Source: a bacterium (GTDB lineage: Bacteria; SAR324; NAC60-12). From it: 64,000 bases of DNA. Every line of letters begins with the position of its first letter. The stretch's first letter is position 1. Positions 29,346 through 39,709 of the stretch are shown one piece after another. The notes beneath the pieces were generated by a model, which was given only the letters and a program-made list of their open reading frames with translations, searched no databases and had not been told where the DNA came from. A program made the position numbers and the translations under genes. The stretch is from assembly GCA_965233585.1 (NCBI GenBank), contig CBDDTI010000746.1:352001-416000 (forward strand). Reading direction: 5' to 3'.

Positions 29346-30509
29346 ATGGCAAGTTCTTTGTTTACTTCTGAAAGTGTGACGGAGGGTCACCCTGATAAAA
29401 TCTGTGACAAGATTTCAGACTCTGTTCTTGATGCGATGTTTAAGCAAGACCCTCATAGTCGTGTGGCTTGTGAAACCTTTGTGACAACAGGTCTGGTCTT
29501 AGTCGGTGGAGAAGTCAGTACAAAAGCATACGTTGATGTGCAAGGGATTGCACGTCAGACTGTGCAAGAGATTGGTTATACAGACTCTTCAATGGGTTTT
29601 GACTCTAAAACTTGTGGCGTCATTGTAACTTTAGATGAGCAGTCTCCAGACATTGCACAAGGTGTGGACTCCCAAGAACAACAAGGTAAAGAGCAAGGGG
29701 CTGGAGACCAAGGTTTGATGTTTGGCTTTGCCTGTGAAGAGACCGAAACCTTGATGCCTTTGCCTATTTTGTTGTCTCATCAGTTGACACAAAATTTAAC
29801 AAACCTCCGCAAAAGTGGTGAGCTTCCCTACCTCAGACCTGATGGCAAAGCACAAGTGACAGTGCGATATGTTGATGGAAAACCTGTTGAAGTGACAGCA
29901 ATCGTTGTCAGTACGCAACATGCCGAAGATGTGTCTCAGGAGCAGATTCGTCAAGATTTGATAGAAAAACTTGCCAAAGCTACCATTCCCAGCAATTTGC
30001 TTTCTTCCAATGTTGTCTATCATATCAATCCGACTGGAAAGTTTGTGATTGGTGGACCTCATGGAGATGCAGGATTGACAGGTCGCAAAATCATTGTGGA
30101 CACTTACGGGGGCATGGGCAGGCACGGAGGCGGTGCATTTTCAGGCAAAGACCCTTCTAAAGTAGACCGTTCTGCCGCATACAATGCACGTTATATTGCC
30201 AAAAACGTTGTTGCCGCAAAATTGGCGTCTCGTTGTGAAGTCCAGCTTGCTTATGCCATTGGCGTTGCTGAACCTGTTTCTGTCTCAGTGGATACATTTG
30301 GCACAGGTCAGGTTGATGAAACCAAGATTGCACAGCTCATCAGAGACCACTTTGCTCTCAAACCCAAAGAAATCATTGAGTCCCTAGATTTGTTGCGTCC
30401 CATTTATGCACAAACTGCGGCGTACGGGCATTTTGGCAGAGAACTTCCAGAATTTAGCTGGGAGAAAACGGACAAAGCAGACATTTTAAGAAGCCAAGCA
30501 GGTCTATAA
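29346..30509 (+). CDS. metK: S-adenosylmethionine synthase
   Basis: [28 protein letters not shown]. Confidence 0.97.
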   Translation: MASSLFTSESVTEGHPDKICDKISDSVLDAMFKQDPHSRVACETFVTTGLVLVGGEVSTKAYVDVQGIARQTVQEIGYTDSSMGFDSKTCGVIVTLDEQSPDIAQGVDSQEQQGKEQGAGDQGLMFGFACEETETLMPLPILLSHQLTQNLTNLRKSGELPYLRPDGKAQVTVRYVDGKPVEVTAIVVSTQHAEDVSQEQIRQDLIEKLAKATIPSNLLSSNVVYHINPTGKFVIGGPHGDAGLTGRKIIVDTYGGMGRHGGGAFSGKDPSKVDRSAAYNARYIAKNVVAAKLASRCEVQLAYAIGVAEPVSVSVDTFGTGQVDETKIAQLIRDHFALKPKEIIESLDLLRPIYAQTAAYGHFGRELPEFSWEKTDKADILRSQAGL

Positions 30510-31361
30510 TTGCTCAACAGTCAAACGGAGATTTACGGAGTACTAGGCTATCCTGTCAAGCATTCCTTGTCTCCTTCCTTCCATAATTCCGCATTGAGGC
30601 ATCTAGGAATCAATGCTGTCTATCTTGCTTTTGAAGTTGCTCCTTCAAATCTTTCAGATGCGATTAACGGAATCCAAAGTTTAGGGATTCAAGGTTGCAA
30701 TCTGACTGTTCCCCACAAAACAAAAGTCATTCCCCTGCTTGACCAAATCAGCCCAGAAGCCCAAATCATTGGAGCAGTCAATACTGTGAGTCTTGACAAA
30801 AACAGGCATCTGACAGGATATAACACCGATGGCATTGGCTTTCTTCGTTCTCTAAACGCTTTGAATTGCAAGGTTCTCAAGCAAAAGGTGTTGATTTTGG
30901 GTGCAGGAGGTTCAACACGTGCGATTGCTTATACTTTGGCAAAGTCTATGGTCTCACAAATCACGATTGTGAATCGCACTGTTCAAAAAGCGGAGAACCT
31001 TGCAGAAGAATTTGCACCTTTGTTCCCAGAGGTTTTTTTTGAAGGAAAAAAAATTGAGGACTTGCAAGGTCAATCTTTTGATTTAGTGGTCAATACCACA
31101 ACAGTTGGAATGGACGGACAATCGTCCATCTTGGATTTAAAACAGCTTTCTCAAGTTGGATCAGTGGTTGACATCATTTACACTCCTGCAAAAACTCCAT
31201 TGATGAAACAAGCGGAACGTTTGAAAATTCCTACCATCAACGGAATTGGCATGTTGCTCCATCAAGGGGCGAAATCCTTTGAGATTTGGACAAAGCAATC
31301 TGCACCGATTGACATCATGCAAAATGCTTTGCTTCAACAACTTTCTCAAAGAAAAATATGA
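30510..31361 (+). CDS. aroE: Shikimate dehydrogenase
   Basis: HSLSP, NLTVPHK, GAVNT, NTDG, GAGGS, MLLHQG. Confidence 0.95.
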   Translation: MLNSQTEIYGVLGYPVKHSLSPSFHNSALRHLGINAVYLAFEVAPSNLSDAINGIQSLGIQGCNLTVPHKTKVIPLLDQISPEAQIIGAVNTVSLDKNRHLTGYNTDGIGFLRSLNALNCKVLKQKVLILGAGGSTRAIAYTLAKSMVSQITIVNRTVQKAENLAEEFAPLFPEVFFEGKKIEDLQGQSFDLVVNTTTVGMDGQSSILDLKQLSQVGSVVDIIYTPAKTPLMKQAERLKIPTINGIGMLLHQGAKSFEIWTKQSAPIDIMQNALLQQLSQRKI

Positions 31362-31466
31362 TGGAAAACTTGAAGAGAATCAAGATGGAAGAATGCCTCA
31401 AAAATTGTCTATGGTTCATTAAAGCAAACGTTGAGAGCAAACTTTGAATGAACCTAGACAAAAAAA

Positions 31467-32897
31467 TTAATTTGAGAAAAGAGGTTTCACCTCAGAATGC
31501 AGATTGGCTCGTGCAGGTCTGACTTGAATGGAGTCAATTACGCCACAATCTGTCCGCATGTCTGAAATGAGAACGACTTCATCATCTGGAGTGATATGAC
31601 TGATTTTGTGCAAGATACGGAATGCACGCATCAGTGTTTCTTCATGGTCTGAACTAAATTCAATGAAGATGGGTCTGATATTCCGCATGATAGTCATCAG
31701 TTGATGAGTCTTTCTGTTGTTTGTAAAAGCGAAAGTGTCTTGTTTAGAGCGGCAATTTGAGACAAACCTTGCAGTTGTGCCAAATTGAGTCAAGATAATT
31801 AGCCCCTTGCAACCGTAATCTTCAGCAAATCTCACTGCAGTTTGAGCCAGACGTTGCTTTCTGCTTGTCACTTCAAGACCTTTCCCAAGCTCTAAACTTT
31901 CATGAACTTCTGTGGTTTTGGCAATTCTTGAAAGATACTTGACACATTGTTCAGGGTATTTGCCAACGGCAGTTTCACCTGAAAGCATAATCGCATCTAC
32001 TTCCTCATAAATGGCATTTGCCACGTCGCTGACTTCTGCACGTGTGGGCATTGGGTTCTCAATCATAGACTCAAGCAAATGTGTTGCAACGATGCTGCGC
32101 TTGCCTTTTTTAGCACACTTGGTGGCAATTTGTCTCTGGATATATGGAAGTTGTTCAGGGGGAATTTCAATTCCCAAATCACCCCTCGCAATCATCACTC
32201 CATCAGCAATATCAATGATTTCATCAACGTTGCCCAGACCCTCCACATTCTCAATCTTGGCATACACTTGGCATCTTCTGACATGCGGACCAAGAATTGC
32301 CCTTGCACGATCAATGACTTGAGCAGAACGGACGAATGACAACGCAAAAAAATCAAAATCGTGTTCTCTCCCAAATTTCAGGTCTAAAACATCTTGTTCT
32401 GTGATAGAGTCAAGGTTGACTTTGATACCGGGTAAGTTGACGTGTCTGTATCCCTTAACGAAGCCACCATGTTCTACCTGACAAGTGATGGTCTGGTCTT
32501 GTTGGCTCATGCTTAAAATTTTCAGATGAATCAGTCCATTGTCCACCAGAATTGTATTGTCAACAGCAACATCGTGGATTAAATCGGAGTAGTCAATAAA
32601 CAGGGTATTCGGGGCAGGTTCTTTGAGAGTGATGACGATTTCTTGACCCTCTTTCAGGTCCATAGAATTTGAACCTGTTCGGATTTCAGGTCCTTTGGTA
32701 TCAAGCAATAGTCCAAGAGGAGTGGAAAGCTCTTCATTGACTGCTTTGATGGTATCAATCACTTTGCGATGGTCATCATGGGTGCCGTGAGACATATTGA
32801 TTCTAGCAATGCTCATACCTGCATCATGCAATTTGGTCAGCATTTCTGGAGAAGAGCTTGCAGGACCAATGGTGCAAATAATTTTTGTATCTTGCAT
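31467..32897 (-). CDS. pyk: Pyruvate kinase
   Basis: TKIICTIGPAS, DTKGPEIRT, AKIEN, MIARGDLG, MLSGETAVG. Confidence 0.95.
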   Translation of the reverse strand: MQDTKIICTIGPASSSPEMLTKLHDAGMSIARINMSHGTHDDHRKVIDTIKAVNEELSTPLGLLLDTKGPEIRTGSNSMDLKEGQEIVITLKEPAPNTLFIDYSDLIHDVAVDNTILVDNGLIHLKILSMSQQDQTITCQVEHGGFVKGYRHVNLPGIKVNLDSITEQDVLDLKFGREHDFDFFALSFVRSAQVIDRARAILGPHVRRCQVYAKIENVEGLGNVDEIIDIADGVMIARGDLGIEIPPEQLPYIQRQIATKCAKKGKRSIVATHLLESMIENPMPTRAEVSDVANAIYEEVDAIMLSGETAVGKYPEQCVKYLSRIAKTTEVHESLELGKGLEVTSRKQRLAQTAVRFAEDYGCKGLIILTQFGTTARFVSNCRSKQDTFAFTNNRKTHQLMTIMRNIRPIFIEFSSDHEETLMRAFRILHKISHITPDDEVVLISDMRTDCGVIDSIQVRPARANLHSEVKPLFSN

Positions 32898-32938
32898 AAA
32901 TTCACCTTTTAAAATAGAAGATTTGGAAAGCAGTTATT

Positions 32939-33793
32939 ATGATAGTAAATCAAAAATTAAAAAAGAGTCTCTTTTTCAAGATGTTTTCATGTGGGTTGAT
33001 TTTCTATTCGTTTTCAGGGTATGCAGAGACGCTTTCGTTGAAGGATCTTAGGCAGATTGCTAACCAAACCAACTGGGTTTATCAACAGTATTTGCAAAAG
33101 CAGATGCAACTTTATATCAGAAATCAGCTAGACTTGCCACAACGTTTGTGCCAGCGAGATGACCAGACCTTTGGTTGCACAACGTATCAAAAACAAAAAA
33201 ATACATGGTCTATTCAACTCACACTAAAAGAAGCCTTGAGAGTGAAAGCATTAGATTTTGGTCAACTTTGGTTGTTGCGTCAGGGCAATGGACAGAGAAA
33301 ATTGGTAGCCAAAAACCAAAGTAATCAATCTCTTGAGTTTTCTTTTGATGGTCCAAGTCTTTCAGGTTGGCAAGTCAAAAATAAGCAAAGAACTTTGACC
33401 AACAGACAACTTGAAGCCTTGAAGCAAGATGCTGCATTCATTTACAGAGACCAACTCAAACGGGCGATGATTCAGTACCAAAATCAACAAATTGCATACC
33501 CGACAGACCCTTGTGACGCACGTATGCTGCGTCTGGGGTGTGTGTCATTTTCACGCTTTCAACATCATACTCAAATGACCATCGTGCTTTCAAAAGAGAA
33601 AAAGCAAACATTTCTTGGATTCCACAGTCTTTTATACAAACGTCAAAATGACGGAAGTGGTATGATTCAATTCCGTGACTCACAGCAATTCAATGAGTCT
33701 CAACAATCTCAAATTTTTATTCCTATTGTGAACGACCAAATGCAATCTTTGCATACTTTGGTGAATCAAACATTTGACTCATGGGACGACTAA
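32939..33793 (+). CDS. Secreted hypothetical protein made of two internal repeats
   Basis: Signal peptide (GYA|ET); two C-x8-C units ending GC. Confidence 0.6.
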   Translation: MIVNQKLKKSLFFKMFSCGLIFYSFSGYAETLSLKDLRQIANQTNWVYQQYLQKQMQLYIRNQLDLPQRLCQRDDQTFGCTTYQKQKNTWSIQLTLKEALRVKALDFGQLWLLRQGNGQRKLVAKNQSNQSLEFSFDGPSLSGWQVKNKQRTLTNRQLEALKQDAAFIYRDQLKRAMIQYQNQQIAYPTDPCDARMLRLGCVSFSRFQHHTQMTIVLSKEKKQTFLGFHSLLYKRQNDGSGMIQFRDSQQFNESQQSQIFIPIVNDQMQSLHTLVNQTFDSWDD

Positions 33794-34275
33794 CAGATTT
33801 ACTTGTTGCCAGAGGCATCATTAAAGATGCTGAAAGCGACCAAACCCCAGCCATTGCAGAAGAAGATATTTTAAGACTGACTGATGTCTTTGAAGAAGAG
33901 AATATCTCCCAACAAATCAAAGAAACTTTTCAAGAACAACAACAAACTCCTTTAGGTAGGAATAAACGTCTACTTTTTGGAAAACTTCCCTCCATTGGAG
34001 AATTTTTTATCCCCAAATCCATGAACGGACGACTGCTGGACTGCCCTGATGTTTTGTTTGTAGAAATGCAAAATGCCACGCCAACACTCAAAGCCAAAGC
34101 CTATGCCTTTGATGGTGATGAGCTTAGTTTTATCTACTATGACTCTCAAAGCAAGATGTTACAAACAGGGACGTTTACAGAATATCCAACTGACGCTTAT
34201 GGTGCCAAAATGGGACGCATTGGCGTTTATCACAAGACACTCATCTGGATTTCTAAAGTTTCTGATTTGATTTGA
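33781..34275 (+). CDS. Hypothetical protein
   Basis: 164 aa ORF overlapping the upstream stop; no recognised motif. Confidence 0.55.
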   Translation: MGRLTDLLVARGIIKDAESDQTPAIAEEDILRLTDVFEEENISQQIKETFQEQQQTPLGRNKRLLFGKLPSIGEFFIPKSMNGRLLDCPDVLFVEMQNATPTLKAKAYAFDGDELSFIYYDSQSKMLQTGTFTEYPTDAYGAKMGRIGVYHKTLIWISKVSDLI

Positions 34276-34491
34276 AAGTGTTTGATTGAATTTGAAAAAT
34301 CCTAGTTTCTAAAAAACACAAAACTTTTTTGGGTTGAGAGATGAAAATAGGACAAAACAAAACTACTTGAGCAGAGAAAGAACCCCCAAGACTGCTCTTA
34401 TGCACAAGGCATCATTCATTTTTTGAAGAAAGTGAAAAAGTTCTGTGTAGGAAAATAGTTGTCAAAAGTGAAGGAAAGCCAGCAAACCTCC

Positions 34492-34612
34492 CGTCATTCC
34501 GTGCCTCTCTTAGTCATTCCGCACTTGATGCGGAATCTCAAAGACAAGAGAGAGATTGCGGGTCAAGGTGAGCAATGATGGAGTAGGGACAGACACGTTG
34601 GTCTGTCGCTAC
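34492..34612. repeat. REP-like cluster incl. a GTAG-type REP (34583-34612)
   Basis: GTCATTCCGCACTTGATGCGGAATCT, GAGATTGCGGGTCAAGG; GTAGGGACAGAC-ACGTTG-GTCTGTCGCTAC. Confidence 0.85.
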
Positions 34613-34616
34613 AAAA

Positions 34617-36236
34617 CTACCTCCCAAACTTGATTAAAAATATGTCATCGCTTCCTTGATTGGTCTCTCCACCAAAATTTCCTGCAGAGAATCCTGCCAC
34701 GTAAACATTGCCTGCTGAATCCACACTTACTCCTCGTCCTCTATCATTTGTGCTAGTGCCAAGTAGTCTTGACCTCTGTTTGACACCTGAACTGTCATAC
34801 TTGATTAAAAACATGTCGTCACTTCCTGAATGGGTGTGTCCATCAAAAGCTCCTGCAAAGAATCCTGTCACGTAAACATTGCCTGATGAATCTACACTCA
34901 CTCCTTGTCCTCTATCAAAATTGCTAGTTCCAACCAACTTTGACCACTGCTTGACGCCTGAAGTATCATACTTCACTAAAAACATGTCTTCTTTTCCTGA
35001 ATTGGTCTTTCCATCAAAAGCTCCTTCAGAATATCCTATCACGTAGGCATTGCCTGAAGCATCCACACTCACTCCTTGTCCTCTATCATCACTGCTAGTG
35101 CCAAGCAATTTAGACCACTGCTTCGCTCCTGAAGTGTCATACTTGATTAAAAACATGTCCTCATTTCCTGAATTGGTCTCTCCACCAAAATTTCCTTCAG
35201 AGTATCCTGTCACGTAAGCATTGCCTGCTGAATCCACACTCACTCCCTCTCCTGTATCATTACCGCTAGTGCCGAGCAACTTAGACCACTGCCTGTTGCC
35301 TGAAGCATCATACTTGATTAAAAACATGTCCCTACCTCCTGAATTGGTCTTTCCATCAAAATTTCCCGCAGAATCTCCAGTCACATAGACATTGCCTGCT
35401 GAATCCACACTCACTCCAAATCCTTGATCAGTACTGCTAGTGCCAAGCAGCTGAGACCACTGCTTGTTGCCTGAAGTATCATACTTGATTAAAAACATGT
35501 CCCTACCTCCTTGATTGGTCTGTCCATCAAAATTTCCTGCAAGCGATCCTGTCACATAGACATTGTCTGATGAATCCACACTCACTCCACTTCCAAAATC
35601 AAAATTGCTAGTGCCAAGCAATTTAGACCACTGCTTGGCACCTGAAACATCATACTTGATTAAAAACAAGTCAGCATTTCCTTGATTGGTCTTTCCATCA
35701 AAATTTCCTTGAGAGAATCCTGTCACGTAAACATTGCCTTTAGAATCCACACTCACTCTACTTCCAAAATCAAGCCTGCTAGTGCCAAACAGACGAGACC
35801 ATTGTTTAGCCAAGTGTTCAGCAATGGCTTGGTTGTAGCAACTCCAATCAGAAGCAGGCGTATTACCTGATGCTTTGACACGAACGCAGAGCTTGCCTGA
35901 TGCAACGGCATCGTCTCCAAAAGCAAAAGGGCTGTTGCAATTAGTTGCAGTTGTTCCGCCATCTTTGGAACATTCGTAACTTTTGCCTGACTCTTCAGTA
36001 AAAGTGAATGTTCTGGCTGACACTGACAATCTAGTTGATGGTTTTGGTGGCTTTGGTGAGACAGAGGCAGTGTTTTCATCTGATGGACTACGTTTGTCAG
36101 TGCAGGCAACAAGGACACTGAAACCAAGCAGGATTGAACATTTCTTCAAAGAAGAAGATTTAAGAAACGATGCAAAAGCATCAGTGCAGGAAACAAGTGC
36201 TTTGATAAATACTTTGATTGTACGACATGCAAACAT
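34617..36236 (-). CDS. Surface lipoprotein: 4-Cys module + 7 SBBP-type beta-propeller repeats
   Basis: ATG 36236 follows GGAGTCAATCAA (as in the Kelch gene); lipobox LVAC (Cys45); seven 57-aa/171-bp repeats VSVDS.GN.YVTG. Confidence 0.85.
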   Translation of the reverse strand: MFACRTIKVFIKALVSCTDAFASFLKSSSLKKCSILLGFSVLVACTDKRSPSDENTASVSPKPPKPSTRLSVSARTFTFTEESGKSYECSKDGGTTATNCNSPFAFGDDAVASGKLCVRVKASGNTPASDWSCYNQAIAEHLAKQWSRLFGTSRLDFGSRVSVDSKGNVYVTGFSQGNFDGKTNQGNADLFLIKYDVSGAKQWSKLLGTSNFDFGSGVSVDSSDNVYVTGSLAGNFDGQTNQGGRDMFLIKYDTSGNKQWSQLLGTSSTDQGFGVSVDSAGNVYVTGDSAGNFDGKTNSGGRDMFLIKYDASGNRQWSKLLGTSGNDTGEGVSVDSAGNAYVTGYSEGNFGGETNSGNEDMFLIKYDTSGAKQWSKLLGTSSDDRGQGVSVDASGNAYVIGYSEGAFDGKTNSGKEDMFLVKYDTSGVKQWSKLVGTSNFDRGQGVSVDSSGNVYVTGFFAGAFDGHTHSGSDDMFLIKYDSSGVKQRSRLLGTSTNDRGRGVSVDSAGNVYVAGFSAGNFGGETNQGSDDIFLIKFGR

Positions 36237-36457
36237 TTGATTGACTCCATTTAGAGGTTGGACAAAAAGACAACACCCAACGGGTGCTTTCGTGGGAACA
36301 ACTCTTGGCTTGAAAAAAATCATCTGATTTTCAGGGGAAAGAGTTGAATAAAAAAACAAAGCCTATACTATGCAAGTACAAAAAAAAAATACAAGCCACG
36401 ACTTAGAATTTTAAGGGAATTTTTTGGTTTTTAAGGAATTTTGAAGATTTTTCAAAA
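36237..36457 (-). promoter_or_regulatory. Promoter with T10 tract and two-hairpin 5' leader (copy 2)
   Basis: Reverse complement AAAAATCTTCAAAATTCCTTAAAAACCAAAAAATT..CTTGTA-T10-GTACTTGCATAGT aligns with 25371-25458; hairpins 36299-36346 and 36272-36288. Confidence 0.6.
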
Positions 36458-36467
36458 ATCTCTCTTG

Positions 36468-36675
36468 GTCATTCCGCACTTGATGCGGAATCTCAAAAAC
36501 AAGAGTGAGATTGCGGGTCAAGCCCGCAATGACAGTTTTCAAAGTGAGCCATGACGAAAAGGCAAGCCATGAGGTCACAACGTAGGGACAAACCAAAGTT
36601 TGTCCTGTGTTTGAAGAAAAACAAAAGAGATTGCGGGTCAAGCCCGCAATGACATTTTTCAAGGTGAACAATGAC
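36468..36675. repeat. REP-like cluster incl. a GTAG-type REP (36582-36605)
   Basis: GTCATTCCGCACTTGATGCGGAATCT, 2x GAGATTGCGGGTCAAGCCCGCAATGAC, GTAGGGACAAAC-CAAA-GTTTGTCC. Confidence 0.85.
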
Positions 36676-36753
36676 GAAAGAACGAAGTGTTTCAATTTCT
36701 CTCCTTTGAAAGGGTGCTTGTTCAGGTCAAACAGTGTGGTTTTTCCAGAATAA

Positions 36754-39456
36754 TCAAGGTTCAAATGCCCAGACATCGTTTTGACCATCTCCAACATATC
36801 CCCCTAGCACCCAGACTTGATTATTGAGCATCACACTTGCATGACCTGAACGTCCAGACCAACGAACCTGACCTACTGGGATTTTGTGTTCTGTCCAATT
36901 TACACCATCAGAAGAACTCCAAACATCGTTTCTGCGGTTCCCGTCATATCCTCCTAGCACCCAGATTCTGTTGTTAAACACTAAACTTGCATGATCCTCA
37001 CGTCCAGACCAACGAGTTTGACCTGCTGGAATCTTGTGTTCTTTCCAAGTGACCCCATCAGAAGAACTCCAAACATCGTTTTTGTGGTATCCACCATCTG
37101 TGCTATATCCTCCTAGCACCCAGATTCTGTTGTTAAACACCAAACTTGCATGATCCTTCCTTGCAGACCAGCTTGCATCTGTGGCTTTTGTCCAATGTGT
37201 TCCATCTTGGGAACTCCAAACATCGTTTTTGTGTTCGTCATTTTTATCATATCCCCCCAGTACCCAGATTTTGCCATTGAACGTCACGCTTGCATGCTCC
37301 TCCCTTGCAGACCAACGAGTGCTGCCTAATGGGATTTTGTGTTCTTGCCAATTTTTCCCATCTGCCGAACTCCAGACATCATTTTGATAATAAGGAAAGC
37401 CATTACCTCCGCCCATGACCCAGATTTTGTTATTGAACACGACACTTGTGTGATTATAACGTCTTGCCCAACGTGTTTGACCTGCTGGAATCTTGTGTTC
37501 TTGCCAATTTTTTCCATCTGCCGAACTCCAGACGTCGTTTGTGCGGCTTCCAGCAATTCCTCCGAGCACCCAGATTTTTTGACTGAACGCTAAACTTGTA
37601 TGATTCCAACGTGCCGCCCAGAGATTCTTGCCTGCTGGAACTTTGTGTTCTTGCCAATTTTCTCCATCTGCGGAACTCCAGACATCATTTTTTAAGCGGA
37701 TGGAACTTTCATTTCCGCCTATGACCCAGATTTTGTTATCAAACACAACGGTTGTATGATCATTACGCCCAGACCAACGAGTATTGTCTGACGGGATTCG
37801 GTGTTCTGTCCAGTTCACGCCATCTGGAGAACTCCAGACACCGTTTGTGTAGGCTCCACTATATCCCCCTATGACCCAGATTTTTTTGTCAAACACAACG
37901 GTTGTATGACGATAACGAAGAGACCAACGAGTCCTGCCCGGAATCCGATGTTCTGTCCAATTCACACCATCTTGGGAACTCCAGACATCGTTTTTGAGGC
38001 TTCCGTCAACTCCGCCCAATACCCAGATTTTGTTATCAAACACAACGCTTGTATGATCCTCACGCCCAGACCAATCTGCTGAATCAGTCTCTTTTGTCCA
38101 ACTGACTCCATCTGAAGAACTCCAGACATCATTTTTGTATTCGTCGTTTTCATCAACTCCTCCCAATACCCAGATTTTTTTGTCTTTGACAACACTTGTA
38201 TGGCTATGACGAACAGACCAGCCTGCTGAATTTGTGACTTGCGTCCAACTGACTCCATCTGAAGAACTCCAGACATCATTTTTGTATTCGTCGTTTTCAT
38301 CAACTCCTCCCAATACCCAGATTTTGCTATCAAATACAACGCTTGTATGATTGTCTCTTGCAGACCAACGAGTGCTGCCTGATGGAATTTTGTGTTCTGT
38401 CCAAGTGACGCCATCTGCGGAACTCCAGACGTCGTTTGTGCGTTTTCCATCAGTCCCCCCCAATACCCAGATTTTGCCATTGAACGTTACACTTGTATGT
38501 TCCTCCCTTGCCGCCCAACGATGCCTGTCTTTTGCCTTCCAAGTAAATCTGGAAGTGTCAATAGATGGGGTGGGAGAAGATGGCTTGTCAGAAGGTTTTG
38601 GTTTTGGTTCAGAATTGTCAGGAGATGGCTTGTCAGAAGGTTTTGGTTTTGGTTCAGAATTGGAATTGGAAGATTGAGAGATGAGGACTTCGTCAAAGTG
38701 ATTAACAATAGTAGAGTGATTGAAGCTGTCAAAGAGAAGCCCCGCAGTCTGCCCCCAAGAATTACCTTGAGCATTGAAATTCACTTGGTCAGTGCTTTCT
38801 TCACAAAGTAATTGGCTATTGACAGATTTCTTGACTTTTTTGGCAGAAAAATCAAATTCCATTTGAAACCTCACCCACTTCCCAGCAGACACTTGACTTG
38901 TTTCTCCTCCCTTGCAAACGACAACAAGTTGACCACTACCTTGACGAGCAATGCCAAGATGTCCTGCCTCCCCTGCTTGGTTCTTTAACCCGATGCCTCC
39001 AAGATAGTCATTGCCATTTGCTTTCATAAACTTCATATTTGCCGAAATGGTGGTTTTTTGTGGAAAATCATTGGCAAAGTCTTTGCGGATTGAAGCAACC
39101 CGACCAGACTTTCCAGCCACTCTTAAATAACGATTCCCTTCAGATTCTTCTACCCGCTGCTGTGCTGTTCCCAAACCATTATAGATGACCTTGTAGCCTT
39201 CAGGCAGTGTGTTGACACTCACAGATTCAAAATCTTGGCTATAAATGGTCTCATTATTGGAAGAAGGCGTTGGGTCAGGATTGTCAGGAGATTGATTGTT
39301 AGAAGTCTCGTCGTCTCCCGCACAAGCAACGAGAACCGTGAGACACAGCAAGAGTGAACCTTTTTTAAAAAAAGAAGGTTTCAAGAAAAATCTAAAATTC
39401 CTGACAAAAACCACAAGTTCTCGGGAAAGAGAATTGTTTGTATTCAATGTAAACAT
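36754..39456 (-). CDS. Surface lipoprotein: ConA/jelly-roll-like domain, PKPS linker, 12 Kelch-like repeats
   Basis: Lipobox LVAC (Cys45); 12x W..R..H.S.VF..KIWVLGG...NDVWSS.DG..W. Confidence 0.85.
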   Translation of the reverse strand: MFTLNTNNSLSRELVVFVRNFRFFLKPSFFKKGSLLLCLTVLVACAGDDETSNNQSPDNPDPTPSSNNETIYSQDFESVSVNTLPEGYKVIYNGLGTAQQRVEESEGNRYLRVAGKSGRVASIRKDFANDFPQKTTISANMKFMKANGNDYLGGIGLKNQAGEAGHLGIARQGSGQLVVVCKGGETSQVSAGKWVRFQMEFDFSAKKVKKSVNSQLLCEESTDQVNFNAQGNSWGQTAGLLFDSFNHSTIVNHFDEVLISQSSNSNSEPKPKPSDKPSPDNSEPKPKPSDKPSSPTPSIDTSRFTWKAKDRHRWAAREEHTSVTFNGKIWVLGGTDGKRTNDVWSSADGVTWTEHKIPSGSTRWSARDNHTSVVFDSKIWVLGGVDENDEYKNDVWSSSDGVSWTQVTNSAGWSVRHSHTSVVKDKKIWVLGGVDENDEYKNDVWSSSDGVSWTKETDSADWSGREDHTSVVFDNKIWVLGGVDGSLKNDVWSSQDGVNWTEHRIPGRTRWSLRYRHTTVVFDKKIWVIGGYSGAYTNGVWSSPDGVNWTEHRIPSDNTRWSGRNDHTTVVFDNKIWVIGGNESSIRLKNDVWSSADGENWQEHKVPAGKNLWAARWNHTSLAFSQKIWVLGGIAGSRTNDVWSSADGKNWQEHKIPAGQTRWARRYNHTSVVFNNKIWVMGGGNGFPYYQNDVWSSADGKNWQEHKIPLGSTRWSAREEHASVTFNGKIWVLGGYDKNDEHKNDVWSSQDGTHWTKATDASWSARKDHASLVFNNRIWVLGGYSTDGGYHKNDVWSSSDGVTWKEHKIPAGQTRWSGREDHASLVFNNRIWVLGGYDGNRRNDVWSSSDGVNWTEHKIPVGQVRWSGRSGHASVMLNNQVWVLGGYVGDGQNDVWAFEP

Positions 39457-39600
39457 TTGATTGACTCATTGAAAGATTACAAAAAACAACACCTCCAATG
39501 GATGCTGCAGTGGCAAAAACTCTTATCTTAAAATAAATTTATATTTTAAAGACAATGACCCATGCTAACCACTTACAAAAAGAAAGGCAAGCGAATGCTT
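39457..39600 (-). promoter_or_regulatory. Promoter and 5' leader (copy 3)
   Basis: TTGCCT-17-TAGCAT on minus strand; bulged hairpin 39487-39507 + T6; GAGTCAATCAAATGTTT shared with copy 2. Confidence 0.55.
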
Positions 39601-39709
39601 GTAAATTTTTATAAAAATTCTGCAAAACAGTTTGACGGCGGATTGAAGCCAAAAAAAGATACTTGAAAGGGGGGCGAACAATCAAAAGACAAGCCCGCGA
39701 CCTCTCTTA

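Noticed and set aside
36237..36359. 41-codon N-terminal extension of the SBBP ORF from TTG 36359
   Set aside because: This stretch is the conserved non-coding leader; ATG 36236 has the RBS context shared with the Kelch gene and gives the same Cys45 lipobox.
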